Source: Octopus vulgaris (taxonomy: Eukaryota). Taken from it: DNA of 64,000 nt. The notes below the pieces were generated by a model that was not told the DNA's origin, did not search any database, and worked only from the letters and a program-made list of their open reading frames with translations. This document shows, piece by piece, positions 40,677 through 53,588 of the stretch. The stretch is from contig OX597815.1 in assembly GCA_951406725.2 (NCBI GenBank), positions 138,446,001 through 138,510,000 of the forward strand. The letters run 5' to 3'. The position numbers and the translations under genes were made by a program. Position 1 is the first letter of the stretch, and each line of letters begins with the position of its first letter.

Positions 40677-40795
40677 TTGTGAGTCTGTGAGTGTCTCCGT
40701 CTGTTTGTCACTTTATATACATACATATATATATGCATACATACATATATATATGCATATATATATATACATACATATATATATATATATATATA

Positions 40796-40834
<39 letters not shown>

Positions 40835-41132
40835 ATATACACTTATGTATTTATAAGTGGTTATGTTTGCACTGAAGAGTGGAGAGCGTGTTACAGCGCT
40901 GACCATGAAATCATTTCGATATGCAACTGAATTTGTTTTTGGTATTCATTTCCTAGACTTCAGAGCCTGTGTATATTTGATAAAGCAGTTTGAATTTGAT
41001 GTCCCTTTCCAGTGTGTGGCTTTACTTAATGTATTAATAAATTTTAAAAAATTATATCCTCAGCATTACTTTTTAAAATCCTAATTGGTTTTTACACGCT
41101 CGCTACTTGGTAAAATCTTGGATAGATTTTAC

Positions 41133-41180
<48 letters not shown>

Positions 41181-41267
41181 ATAAGAAACAGAAAACAAGA
41201 AAGGAAGTTGATATTCTTTATTTTGCATAGTGCTAATTACTAGTCATGGCAGAAAAGAAGCCCTCAC

Positions 41268-41389
41268 CTTACTGATCTATATAACACCAACAAAACCTTT
41301 CCTGATATGGTTAGATGGTCTGACTTGACAAAAAATTTCCGGATTGTTGAGTTGAGTTGACAGTATCTTGAAGAAATAAGGACTGGGAC
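41268..41389 (-). other. candidate exon on the minus strand
   Basis: Acceptor ttttagttactttctccag|G and donor AAG|gtgagg. One frame is open (VPVLISSRYCQLNSTIRKFFVKSDHLTISGKVLLVLYRSV). Confidence 0.25.
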
Positions 41390-42710
41390 CTGGAGAAAGT
41401 AACTAAAATCTGAAAGGTTTAGAGAATCGTTTGCAGTGCTATGTTGACAAATCATGGTGCTTCTGTATAGTAGAAATGAAATGTGGATTTGAGGTAAGTT
41501 GCTCGACGTTTAATATTATTGCATTGGTCTTACAATCATGACCAGATCAATGGTTCGTGAAATAGAGAGGGTAGCAGAAAATGTTCCATCATGCTTATGA
41601 GCGATGCACTATCTCTAAAAGTAAAAACTCATCAGATAGCACATAAACAAGATAGTCGCCGAATAGTTGGAGCGGTTATAAAAACACTCAGTTGCTGGTG
41701 GTAGCTGAGTTCACTGACAACACAGAATTTTGTCAGTGAACACGTCGAGGTCTCAAAGCGACGAAAATATTTTGACAAATTAATTTTAAATATTGAAGTG
41801 AATCTAACGGTTTTTGTGTGTTTCTTAAATGGATTATAAATACCTTCCATGCTGCAAAAGTAACTTCAGTAACGAATAAATCGAAATATGTAAGATGAAG
41901 ATCCTGCTCAAATGCTTGCTTAATCGAGATATTAATTATATTGTTTATTCGTCCGTGAATAATACTTATATCGGTACAGCACCTTCAAGAGAATGGATTT
42001 TATGAAATTCAGAATCAATTCTGGGTTTTTTCAAAGTTTTTGATTGGTTGAAACTGTGAATTGTAAAATATGGTATGATAGTGTTTTTACATAAATGCAA
42101 ATGCCCCACTCATATTTACACACATTTCCCCAGATTATTTGAAATATGCTCTTTATATGCATTATGTATCATATGTGACCATCCTGTATTTTTGGTAGAT
42201 TATTAGAATAAACGCACCTTCTGAGATATACTAAATATTTAGATACATGTAAATGCTTGACTTGAAAATAAAAATGCATTGCTGTGGGAAGCTGAATGAT
42301 TTTTAAATCGTAAAAGGTTAGATAAATCAAAATGTCAAGCAAAATGACAAGTACAATAGATAGACGTAACATGAAATATTCCCTGCTGACCTTCTATAAA
42401 CTAATCTACAAAGGCAGATTTTACATACAAATTCAAAAGAAGAAATAAGTAAACAAACTGACATTTCAAGTGAAGGTAAATCTATATCAGAATAGCCACT
42501 GCAGTACCATTAGAACACATTCAGAGAGTTTTCCTGTATAGAATAATTTATAAACTATATGATGCAGCAACAGAAGTTAACCAATTGCTTACACACAGAA
42601 CATGCATACATACTCTCGTAAATATCTGAATAACTTCAAAAAATTTACAGATTGTAGTAATGGTTTATACACACATGTATGTACAAATACAGATTTTCGA
42701 AAGAGAATTT

Positions 42711-42742
<32 letters not shown>

Positions 42743-45032
42743 CATATGTACAATATCTGTGTGTGTTTGTGTGTGCGTTGCTCCAATATTTTATTCTTTC
42801 TCTCTCGCTCTCACTCTCTCTGTTTCTCACTCGATTTTAAATGCGCACACAGACACGAATATATACGCACATACACATACACACATTTATATTGCTGTCA
42901 GCTATTCATTTTACCCTCCTCTTATTTCCTTTCGATTAATGTACTATTTAGTAAGCAATAGAACAGAATTGTGCCATTTATAGACTGCTTGATTTATCGT
43001 CCAACATATTCATGTTGCACTTTCCTTTTTCACCTCGTTTCCTTCACCAGGAAAATGTTACTTCTTTTACACTAAATTCCATTCTTATATAGGCAATTAT
43101 TTACGTTTTTTTAAATATATTTAGAAATGCGTTTTTAGAATAAGAAACTGTCGCAAACAAAATATTGGAGTTTAGACATAAGCATTTATATCTACTACTT
43201 TTTCAATGCAAGAATATATTCATGATAGCCTATTTTTTTTTCAGAGAAGTTTTCGATATTTTCTAGATTTTCATCTCTATATTGTTTGATTGAATTTATA
43301 GATTACGATTTAGTCTTTAATATTTTTGCCTGAAAACTGGAATTCATTTCATGTCTATTACACAAGTTCAGTGAAAAAGTATTAACATTACATAAGCTGC
43401 AGTTTTCATTGATTTGCCTATTAATTAAATTATCACTGCCTGCACAGTTCATTATCTAACGATAGGCCACTATCAACTTAATAGTCATTGTATAAGTCTT
43501 ACTTTAGATGTTTATACAATATATCTCTTGGATGGTGTGGATGCAATATTGAATGTATATATTATATAAGATGTGCATATGTAGGTAGCAATATATGACA
43601 TATCTATGGTTAAGAATATATTTTATAATATAAATGCTGTAAACGAAGAAACAAATTCCACGAATAAACAATTACTGTATTTATAGTTATACATAGCGTT
43701 AACAAAACAGCATCTATAAAATGTAATTTCTTTGAAGACTGCAAAGTTGAAGCCATGCAACTATATAATTATAAAGCTAAATATTTTATTGACCTACAAT
43801 ATAAAATCTTAAAGACGTTGCAAGTGTGATTTTAAACTCACAAAGTTGGGCAGAATCTAATATCTCTGTAAAACAGAACACTTTAGACATTTAAATGACG
43901 TTACTGGTTCTTCTGTAGGTAAAGATAATAATTACGTATATTTGTTGCATTGAACAAATTCATAATACAGGAGAATAAGATATGTTAAAAATAGATAGAA
44001 TTTCCTTTAAGATGCCTACAAGTTATATCACAATATAGAAATGACCTAATTTTGTTTGTTCATTGCTTGAGTCAATTAACTGCCAATAATTTATCAAATA
44101 TTAAATTGATATATTTTAACATAAAACATAACCTAACATGATTACTACAGAAAGTAGTTTCAAAGGATCTGGTATAATCATAAACCATAAATATATTAAA
44201 ACAATAAAGAACCTAATATTTCAATAATTCATTGTTGAGATATTGAACTTATTTTTGCCTAAATTTTATAGCCTTAATATTCTATCTTTAGAAGTAAGAT
44301 CACCATTAAAATATCAATTTGATAACTACGCTTTCGAATTCAGAGAACATATATAGCAACATATTGGAAATAATTGAAGTATTTTGGCCGTTGCTTTCAA
44401 GTTATTTGGGAAAATGTATCTAAAAGTTTCCAAAGAAATTAAGTTACTTTGTTTATTGCAAAGCATTGAAACACTGGAAATATATAAATATGAAAGTAAT
44501 TCACACTTATATGAGTTGACTATAAGCTACATGCAGTTTTAAAAAAAGCAGAAAAGAAAAAAACAAATGTAAATTTGACAAGTTTTAATTTTTATGTGAT
44601 CCCGAATGTACTTCAAGATCAATTTCTTTGATATAGTAATTGTTTTTCTTTTTTAATCTGCTCCATATTATAAAAAGAAAATAAATTCCCAATAGGTATT
44701 ATTGTATTCAAAATTGGGGTATAAGGGTTATTGGTATATATTTCTTGCAGGAAACTTGACAGGAAAGTAATTGAAATATTCTTGGATGATATTTGTTTAG
44801 GTTGTGATGGACGAAATTATAATTTCACGGTAACCAGGTCCAATTTTGATTTTGTATACGCTTCTCTGCCTGAGTCCTAAACCATGACTTTTACAGAGGA
44901 GTTAACTTTCCAAGCTAGCTTTCTCTGTAAGCCAAGCTAAATTGTTCCATTGTCTCTTTAGATTAATACCAACTGAATCTTATAGACATACTTTTACACA
45001 CAAACACACACACACCTAAATAATCATAGAGA

Positions 45033-45258
<226 letters not shown>

Positions 45259-45721
45259 AACAGGAGTTCCAATGTTATACCTGCTAATGGAGTGAATAAG
45301 AGCATAACACACGTTTAAATTATATTGCAATAATGTTGAAATTTAGAAGTAAAAGAGCTAACAGAAAGCAGGAATTAGCTTAAGACGAATGTTTCCTTTC
45401 AATAACTAATAATAATAATAATAATAATAATAATTATAATTATAATGATAATGATAATAATAACAACAATAATCAAAATCCTTTGTATTATAGGCACAAG
45501 ACTTGATATTTGTTGGGAGGAGGCTAGACCATTACACCGATATCTGTGATGTAATTATCAGCACAAAAGGATGAAACTCGTAAAAGTAATAAGCAACCCC
45601 TGATTTAAACTCAAAGTATAAAGATTCTCCAATATATCGCCTCTCCACATTATTTATGAGTGTCAAAGCACAAAACATATCTCTCTCTCATTCTCTGTCT
45701 GTCTGTCTCTCCATCCGTCTC

Positions 45722-45939
<218 letters not shown>

Positions 45940-48277
45940 CCGATAATGCAATTTTTCACCCATCTCAGTTTCTATCAATATTACTAATTGTGATTCTCTC
46001 TGTCTATATATTTACATGCAAATATGTATAAATTTTATTTTCTATTAAAATTTCTGTGTTTTCACAACTTCTCTCTTATAAAAATTTATATGCCCGAACT
46101 TGCACAAATCACCTTCATAATGGACACCATATAAATTTTCCGTATGCTTAATGCAAGTCAGTCTAATTTGTCCACAGTGGCTACTTCTTGGAACTTTGTT
46201 ATGTTTTATATCATATATCATGTGAACAATAATGACGTTGCTTATAGGTTTATAGGAAGTTAATTGACGGTTAGCAGCCGTTAAATTAGAAAGACGTACA
46301 AAGAAGTATCTATGCAACTGGGCCGGAACAAATACCAAAAGATATATTTGTTCGACTTCGAGCTATTTCATCCACAGATTCTCGCAGCTTTATATAACAC
46401 TTACCGATAAATACACACATACGTTTTGGGTTTAAATGTGTGTGTGTGTGTGTGTGTGTGTGCATGTGCGTATGTATGTGTCTCTACACATGAAAAATGA
46501 GTTTTTCTTGGGAATCTTCTACTATGCAAATACAGATGTCAAAACAAATAAAAGAACCTGAAGAACAGAAGGTTACCCTTGAATTATTTATTTTATTTTT
46601 TATATTTATGGTAGATAACAGAAAAAGAAACTTTTAAAATTAACAGCATATTTATATAAATACACAAATTAATTTAATAGAAAGAGGTCTTGCATATATT
46701 GATATTTATTATATATCTTTAAATATATACATAGATGTATATATGAGTATGTGTGTGTATGCATGTTTACAAATATAATATAGAAACTCTGCTTTAAATG
46801 ATAGGTACCAATTTAGCAATACTGAAAATAAAGTCTCTACTTATAGGTCTGAGAGCATTCCTTAATGCTTTTTAAAAAATAATGTGCAACCTTTTTAGAT
46901 AAAACTATTTATATTGCTTAGTGAGATAAAATCAACTAAAAATACCAGAAACAAAATTTACGACGAAATTATTTTCACTATTACAAGGAGGCAAATAATG
47001 ATCAGAAATTTGATTGTCAAAGTAATCTTAATTCTTTCCTAAAAACGAAGTAAAATAATTAATATCTCATTTATACTCAGTTTCTCATACTATCTGAGTG
47101 GGGCTTTTTAATTGCAAAATAAATGAAAAAATGAAAGTCAAAACAAAAACTGAACCATTAGAACTATATTAAACGTCAATCGAATGCTATGTTTATTGAT
47201 TGTAACATGAGTGGTGGGGAAATATGAACTGAAACAACAGAATATCTTGATAATGTTAATTTAGAGATAAGGTTATACCATGGCAGTAGCAGTCAATCAT
47301 TATCCTATTAAAATCTTAATTATTTTGTTACTTTGTAGAACTAGAAACATAACAGGTTTCTACTAACACGTTCCTTTTTAACCTCTTTTGTGAACCTTAT
47401 CGTTCACAAAGACTGAAAACGTATTTGTTATTCCGCTCCTTTAGGAGATTTATAACCTAAAAGTGTTTAACTTGTCAGCTGATCAATGTCAGTTGATCAA
47501 TGTGATGCCAAAATCTTGGTCTTATTTTGATTTTAAATAATTTTACAGTAATAACGTTTGTGTCACACATAAAATAGGCGTGACGATTGTTTTTAATGTT
47601 GAAATATTTTTGACTTCTACTGAAACTAAATTATTAACGCTTCATTGGGAAAACTTCTTGTATTGATCTGACCAAGAAAAGTTATATATTCATCAACTAT
47701 AAAAGTACATGATATATCAAAACAATGTCCAAGAAATAAACAGAAGACATATGCTTTTAGATCGAGCACAAGTTTGTAAGTAGATTCTGCTACAATGATA
47801 ATTTCTAAATTTGTTTATCCGTCCCGTAGTTTACTGGGAAGGACAAACTTAATTGGAAACTCTCAGTATATTATTGATAATTAATTTTTGACATTTAGTA
47901 GGGAGAAAGATAAAGTGAATCTTGGTAAATTTTGGAATATGAAATGAAAGATACCTAACTTCGGTCCAGTACCTTTTATGTAAATACCAGCCTCTTTCGA
48001 TCTGCATTGGGAAAAATGTTGGTTGCGAAATATTTGCTTTCTTAACACACGCACATACACACATACTCACACAAATCTCTCATACATGTTCTTTTTTCAA
48101 CTTCCACCACACGCATCTACATAAACACTTACATATACATTCAAAATGACAAAGTACACATCAAATAGCCACTTTCAAAACATAATTTTTCAAAGACCCG
48201 AAAAAACGAATTGAACTCATGACTTTTCTTCAGCTATATTACACATATATAGAAGGAAACAACTTTTAATACTTAAC

Positions 48278-48318
48278 TATTCATGATGAATCCCTGAAGG
48301 GGATGGAAACGTTCAATA
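48278..48318 (+). ncRNA. decayed hammerhead-like motif
   Basis: TATT-caTGATGA-ATCCC-tgaag-GGGAT-g-GAAAC-GTTC-AATA. Stem II is perfect; the core is imperfect. Confidence 0.35.
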
Positions 48319-48363
48319 AATAATATTTATCCAAATTCTGACTCCGTCCCTTTTTTAATAATT

Positions 48364-48726
48364 CTGTGTGGTAAGGAGCTTGCTTCTCAAACACATGGTT
48401 CCAGGTTCAGTTCAACTACGTAGCACCTTGGCCAAGGGTCTTCTACTATAGCCTCGGTCCAAGCAAAGCCTTGTGAGTGAATTTGGTAGAGAGAAACTGA
48501 AAGAATCCCGTCGTATGTATATATACTTTTCTGTGTGGCTGTGTTTGTCTCCCACCAATTTTGGTGTCTTTAGGTCACTGTAACTTAGCAGTTCGGCAAA
48601 AGAGACCGATACAATAAGTACTAGGCTTACAAAGCATAAGTCCTGTGGTCGATTTGCTAGTTTAAAGGCGGTGCTGCAGCTTGGTTGCAGTGACATGACT
48701 GAAACAGGTAAAAGAATAAAAGAATA
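48364..48726 (+). mobile_element. tRNA-derived SINE family A, near full length
   Basis: tRNA-like head, central TA/TG tract, and tail ..atgactgaaacaggtaaaagaataaaagaata. Confidence 0.85.
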
Positions 48727-48739
48727 ATATATATATAAC

Positions 48740-48843
<104 letters not shown>

Positions 48844-49203
48844 GGTTCACCCATCACGGTTTATTATTTAAGCTCACGTCGACTCTGTGGTTTTGTTTTG
48901 TATATAAAAAAATATATATACAAATTATAAAAATAATTGAAAAATATACAGCACAGTACTGTTTCATCATTGTAGATTTTCACCTATTGCGGGAGGTTTT
49001 GGAACGTAACACCCGTAATAGTCGAGGGATTACATACATACATACATGCATACATACATATATACATACGTACACACACACACACAACACACACACACAC
49101 ACACACACACACACGGTTGAAAAGTAACACACGAGTTGATATATATGGAAAAAAGTCAAGATGCTAAAAAGTTAAATGCTAAAATAATTTTATAAAAACA
49201 TTT

Positions 49204-49239
49204 CAGTACCGGTTTCAGTCATTGAAACTTTTTCAACTG
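49204..49239 (-). ncRNA. minimal type I hammerhead ribozyme, U3-A8 core variant
   Basis: The minus strand reads CAG-TTGAAAA-AGTT-tcaat-GACT-GAAAC-CG-GTA-CTG. Confidence 0.65.
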
Positions 49240-49404
49240 TAAGTATGAAAAGCAATTAAAGTTTTGAAAAATTAAAAAAAAACATTTTTTTATAAGAATA
49301 TTTGCACAGTGTTCAAATACAAGTGGCATTTTCCTTGTTTCTGACTGTCTCTGTCTCTGTAGTTTACTCTTGTGGGTTCGAGGTCGTTGTGAATTCTTGG
49401 TAGG

Positions 49405-49473
49405 GAAGAAGAAGAAGAAGAAGAAGAAGAAGAAGAAGAAGAAGAAGAAGAAGAAGAAGAAGAAGAAGAAGAA
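49405..49473. repeat. (GAA)n microsatellite
   Basis: Seen directly. Confidence 0.95.
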
Positions 49474-49639
49474 TGCGGGAGTGCCATGACAGTAGTATGA
49501 ATGGTCAGCTGCTCCAAAAATGACCCGCTGTGGATGGTAGTAGTAATTGTTGAATTCCTGAAACATCTCTTTTGAATGTTTTGTTTATAAAATTTGCGTA
49601 GATGTTATTCTTATATATATATATAAGTATATATGTATA

Positions 49640-50476
49640 AGAAGAATCAGAAGTGGTATGCAAGGGAGACGACTGCGCTGGTATGGTTATGTGTTCCGTA
49701 TGGATGGGGACAGCTGTGTGTAAAAGTGTCAAACCCTAGCAGTAGAGGGAACCTGTGTTAGAGGTAGACCCAAGAAGATCTGGGATGAGGTGGTGCAGCA
49801 CGACCATTGAACGTTGGGCCTTACAGAGGCAATGACAAGTGACCGTGACCATTGGAGATATGCTGTGCCAAGTCAGACCGTAACCATGGCCTATGCCAGC
49901 GCAGCATAACCGGCCCATCTAAGAACACCCTTCAATCATTGAACAAAAACTGCGCTTGCGAAGACCTATTGAATGAAGTGACGTCATTGTCGTGGTCGAT
50001 GACTGTACCGCCCGACTGGCATCTGTGTCGGTGGTACGTAAAAAGCACCATTCGAGCATGGTCGATACCAGTGGCGCCTGACTGGTCCCGTGCCGGTGAC
50101 ACATAAAAGACACCATTCGAGCGTAATCGTTGCCAGTGCCGACTGACTGACTCCCGTGTCGGTAGCACGTAAAACGTACAATACGAGCATGGTTGATGTC
50201 AGTGCTGTCTGACTGGCTCCCGTGCCGGTAGCACGTAAAAATCACCATTCATGCGTGGTCGATAGCAGTACCGCCTGATTGGTCCTCGTGCTTTTGGCAC
50301 GTAAAAAGCACCCACTACACTCTCGGAGTTGTTGGCGTTAGGAAGAGCATGATGCTGTAGAAACTTGGCCAGATCAGATTGGAGCCTGGTGCAACCTTCT
50401 GGCTTGCCAGCCCTTAGTCAAACCGTCTAACCCATGTCAGTATGGAAAGCGGACGTTAAACAACGACGACGATGAT
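49640..50476 (+). mobile_element. RTE-clade LINE 3' end with a minisatellite-containing 3' UTR
   Basis: Translates to RRLRWYGYVFRMDGDSCV*KC..VEG...RGRPKKIWDEVV..D....GL...M..DR..WR. Ends ggacgttaaa followed by a (GAC/GAT)n tail. Confidence 0.85.
49989..50311 (+). repeat. 65-66 bp tandem repeat, about five copies
   Basis: Unit starts at 50027, 50092, 50158, 50224 and 50290 (gccggtrgcacgtaaaaagcaccattcgagc..). Confidence 0.9.
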
Positions 50477-50496
50477 ATATGTATATATTTATACTT

Positions 50497-50744
50497 CGGG
50501 AGATTATATTTTTGCCAATCAACTACAGTCATTATAAACCTGATTTTCACTTCAGCTTCATTTTTTATTTTAGTATCGTTTGCTTGAAATCATTTGTTAC
50601 ACATCCTGTGACACCGTAGAAGGAGAGTCATTGAAGAGGTCACAGAATGTGTAACGAAAGATTTCAGCCCAGGAACACTAAATGAAGCTGAAGAATAGAC
50701 CAAGTATATAGTGCGTGTGGTTAATTGGCAAAAAATATTATCCG
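50497..50744. mobile_element. ~250-bp imperfect fold-back (MITE-like)
   Basis: Nested inverted matches: TTTTTGCCAAT/ATTGGCAAAAA, CTTCAGCTTCATTT/AAATGAAGCTGAAG and GTTACACATCCTGTGAC/GTCACAGAATGTGTAAC. Confidence 0.7.
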
Positions 50745-50828
50745 CAAATATAGTCTGTTTCAACACACGATTTCATGTCAGGAATCTTGCATAACAAATA
50801 CATAAATGTGAGTATGTGTGTGTGTGTG

Positions 50829-50863
<35 letters not shown>

Positions 50864-51430
50864 ATTGTGGAAACTTCTGACGAGAAACAAGGTCATATTG
50901 ATCAAATTTCAAAATTACGTGATAAGGTTTTATCAAGTTACTTCATTCTGTGAGTGCATCTCACCAAAGAAAAATATTGTGGATTGCTGCTCGCAGTCCC
51001 GATTATTTCATGAGGTTAGTGCTTTCGTGTGGCTGTTCGACTTAAATTTTGGCTCTCATTTCTAGCAATTGTAGGTGTTATTTTGCACTCTCATTTATTA
51101 ATTTTTACCTTTCTGGTTTTAATCGCCATGACCACCTATATTATAATGTATTTGATATATCTTAATGTATTAATACATTATTATATGCTAATATCGTATG
51201 TATGTATGCACGTACCGAATTAGAAATAGACGCTAATGTCTTTCCATCTACCTTAAGCTGAATTCTGATTATAATTATGTATATAATTATTGAATATTTT
51301 GTATAATTCACCTAAAAATGTTATTTTAACGTACTGATTACTTCGTAAAATTATTAATTATTAATTAATTAATTGATTAATTATTTAATCAATTTTACCT
51401 CTTATTTTTATTATTATTATTATTATTATT

Positions 51431-52978
51431 CAGTATCATTATTTTTATAGCGTGCTTTCACTTCACTACCGAGCGCAGCTCTGTGTGCCTTGGGTATGTG
51501 CTGTGATTTGTTGTGATGCTCTGATGGTTATTGTATGGAAAGTGTTCTGCGTAGGATGTGTGCAGTGCCTAGTAGTGCAATTTTCTGTATGTTATATGTG
51601 TTTGTAAGTACTGGTGTTTTTGTTATGTATTTGTCTGAATATTTTTTTATCATGCCTAATGCACTTACTATGATAGGAATTGTTTCTGTTTTCAGGTTCC
51701 ACATTCTAGTTATCTCTATTTCCAGGTCTTTGTATTTTGAGAGTTTCTCCATTTCCTTTAGAGACACGTTGTCATCTGCCGGTATTGATACATCAATTAG
51801 AAAGCATTTTTTTCTTCATGATCTCTGACAACTATATCTGGTCTGTTGGCCTTAATTTCTCTATCTGTGTGTATCGGCATATCCCAGAGTATGGTTGCTT
51901 TCTCGTTTTCTGTGACCTTTTCTGGTGTGTGCCTATACCATCTTTTTTCTGTTGTTATTCCATAATGTTGGCATAGCTTCCAATGTATGTAGGTTCCAAC
52001 TCTGTCATGTCTGTGAATATATTCCTTCTTAGCCAGGACTGGGCAGCTAGAGATAATATGATTTATTGTTTCTTGTCCATCTCCACATATTCTGCAGTTA
52101 CTTGTAATATTTCTTTTCATTACATGTTTTTGGTAATTTCTGGTGGGGAGGTTTTGGTCTTGTGCTGCAATTAAAAATCCCTCTGTTTCTGCTTTGAGTC
52201 CTGAGCTTCTCAACCATTGCTGGGATTTTTCTTTGTCTATTTCTTTTGTGTTTAGTTTAGTGCAGTATTTACCATGAAGGGGCTTTTCTTGCCATCGTTT
52301 TATCATGGCTCGTTGCTGTTCTATTTTTAGTTTGGATTTCATTTGTTTTATAGCTTTTGTTGTTTCTTCATCATCTTCTTCTTCTTCTTTGTGTTTATTA
52401 GGTGGTATGATTTCTTGTTTGTATTTGTCAGCTTCCTTAAATACTGAGAACAGTTTTTTGTTTTGCTCGTGTTTTGCTGCTATCTGGATCAGTTTTCCTT
52501 CCTTCTGAAGTAGGTATTTTTGCAGTCCTATGGTGGTTATTTTATAGTAGTTTTCCAGCTGTATAAGGCCTCTACCACCTTCTATACGTTGTATATATAT
52601 AGTCTTTCTATGTCAGATTTTGGGTGATGCATCCTAGATCCTGTCAGTATTTTTCTTGTTTTCCTATCTATTTTGGACAGTTCATTTCGTGTCCAGTTAA
52701 GGATATTGTAGCTGTAACTTATAACTGGGACAGCTAAAGTGTTGATACCTATTATCTTGTTTTTAGCATTGAGCTCTGTTTTTAGTATTGATCTAACTCG
52801 TCTATAATATTCTTTTTTTATTTTCTCTTTCATTTGTGTGTGTTGTGTCTTATCTAGTTCATGGATTCCTAAGTATTTGTAAGTTTGGCTTTGGTCTAAT
52901 TCTTTTATTTCATTGGTTTTATCTAGTGTGATGTTGTTACTCTTAACTAGTTTTCCTCTTTTCATGGTTACTTTGGCG

Positions 52979-52980
<2 letters not shown>
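51431..52980 (-). mobile_element. 5'-truncated R4/Dong-clade RLE retrotransposon inserted in (TAA)n
   Basis: YKYLGI, LNAKNKI..INT.AVPV..YS, IDRKTRK, HHPKSD.ERLY, GGRGL, LHGKY, ETEGFLIAAQDQ, CRICGDGQETINHIISSC, RHD, NRPDIV and IDV..P..KE.EK..KY. (TTA)n lies at 51408-51430 and 52981-53043. Two slippage frameshifts. Confidence 0.92.
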
Positions 52981-53047
<67 letters not shown>

Positions 53048-53383
53048 CATATATATATAATTAAGGGTGCTACAAGCAGCACCAGCACGCTAAAAATAGC
53101 AGTCAGAAGACAACTACAACCATAAAATTTCCCTCCCTATTACACATTTATTGAAATCGGAGAAATGAGCAGAAATTCTAAGTTCCCGTACCAATAACGG
53201 AAAGAATCATAAAATGAAAAGCTAGACATACTCGCATCGTCACGATTCCGACTTTGTGAAAATGTCACTTAGTTCTAGTCAGCGAGTCTTACTGACCCGA
53301 GGGCCATAGAACACTGCTCATCTCAACAATGTGTGCGGTCAACTTTTTAAATTTGACGCAGCTTTGTAATTATACATACATAC

Positions 53384-53440
<57 letters not shown>

Positions 53441-53500
53441 TATATACATATATATACATATATATACATATATGTATATATGTATGTATGTGTATATGTA

Positions 53501-53536
<36 letters not shown>

Positions 53537-53540
53537 GTGT

Positions 53541-53588
53541 GGGTGCGTGGGTGCGTGGGTGCGTGGGTGCGTGGGTGCGTGGGTGCGT
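53541..53588. repeat. (GGGTGCGT)6 octamer repeat
   Basis: Seen directly. Confidence 0.9.

Noticed and set aside
46045-46338. 97-aa non-repetitive ORF on the minus strand
   Set aside because: Non-ATG start, no recognisable motif and no convincing splice context.
49989-50311. CRISPR-like periodicity
   Set aside because: The whole unit repeats, there are no unique spacers or cas genes, and it lies in a LINE UTR.
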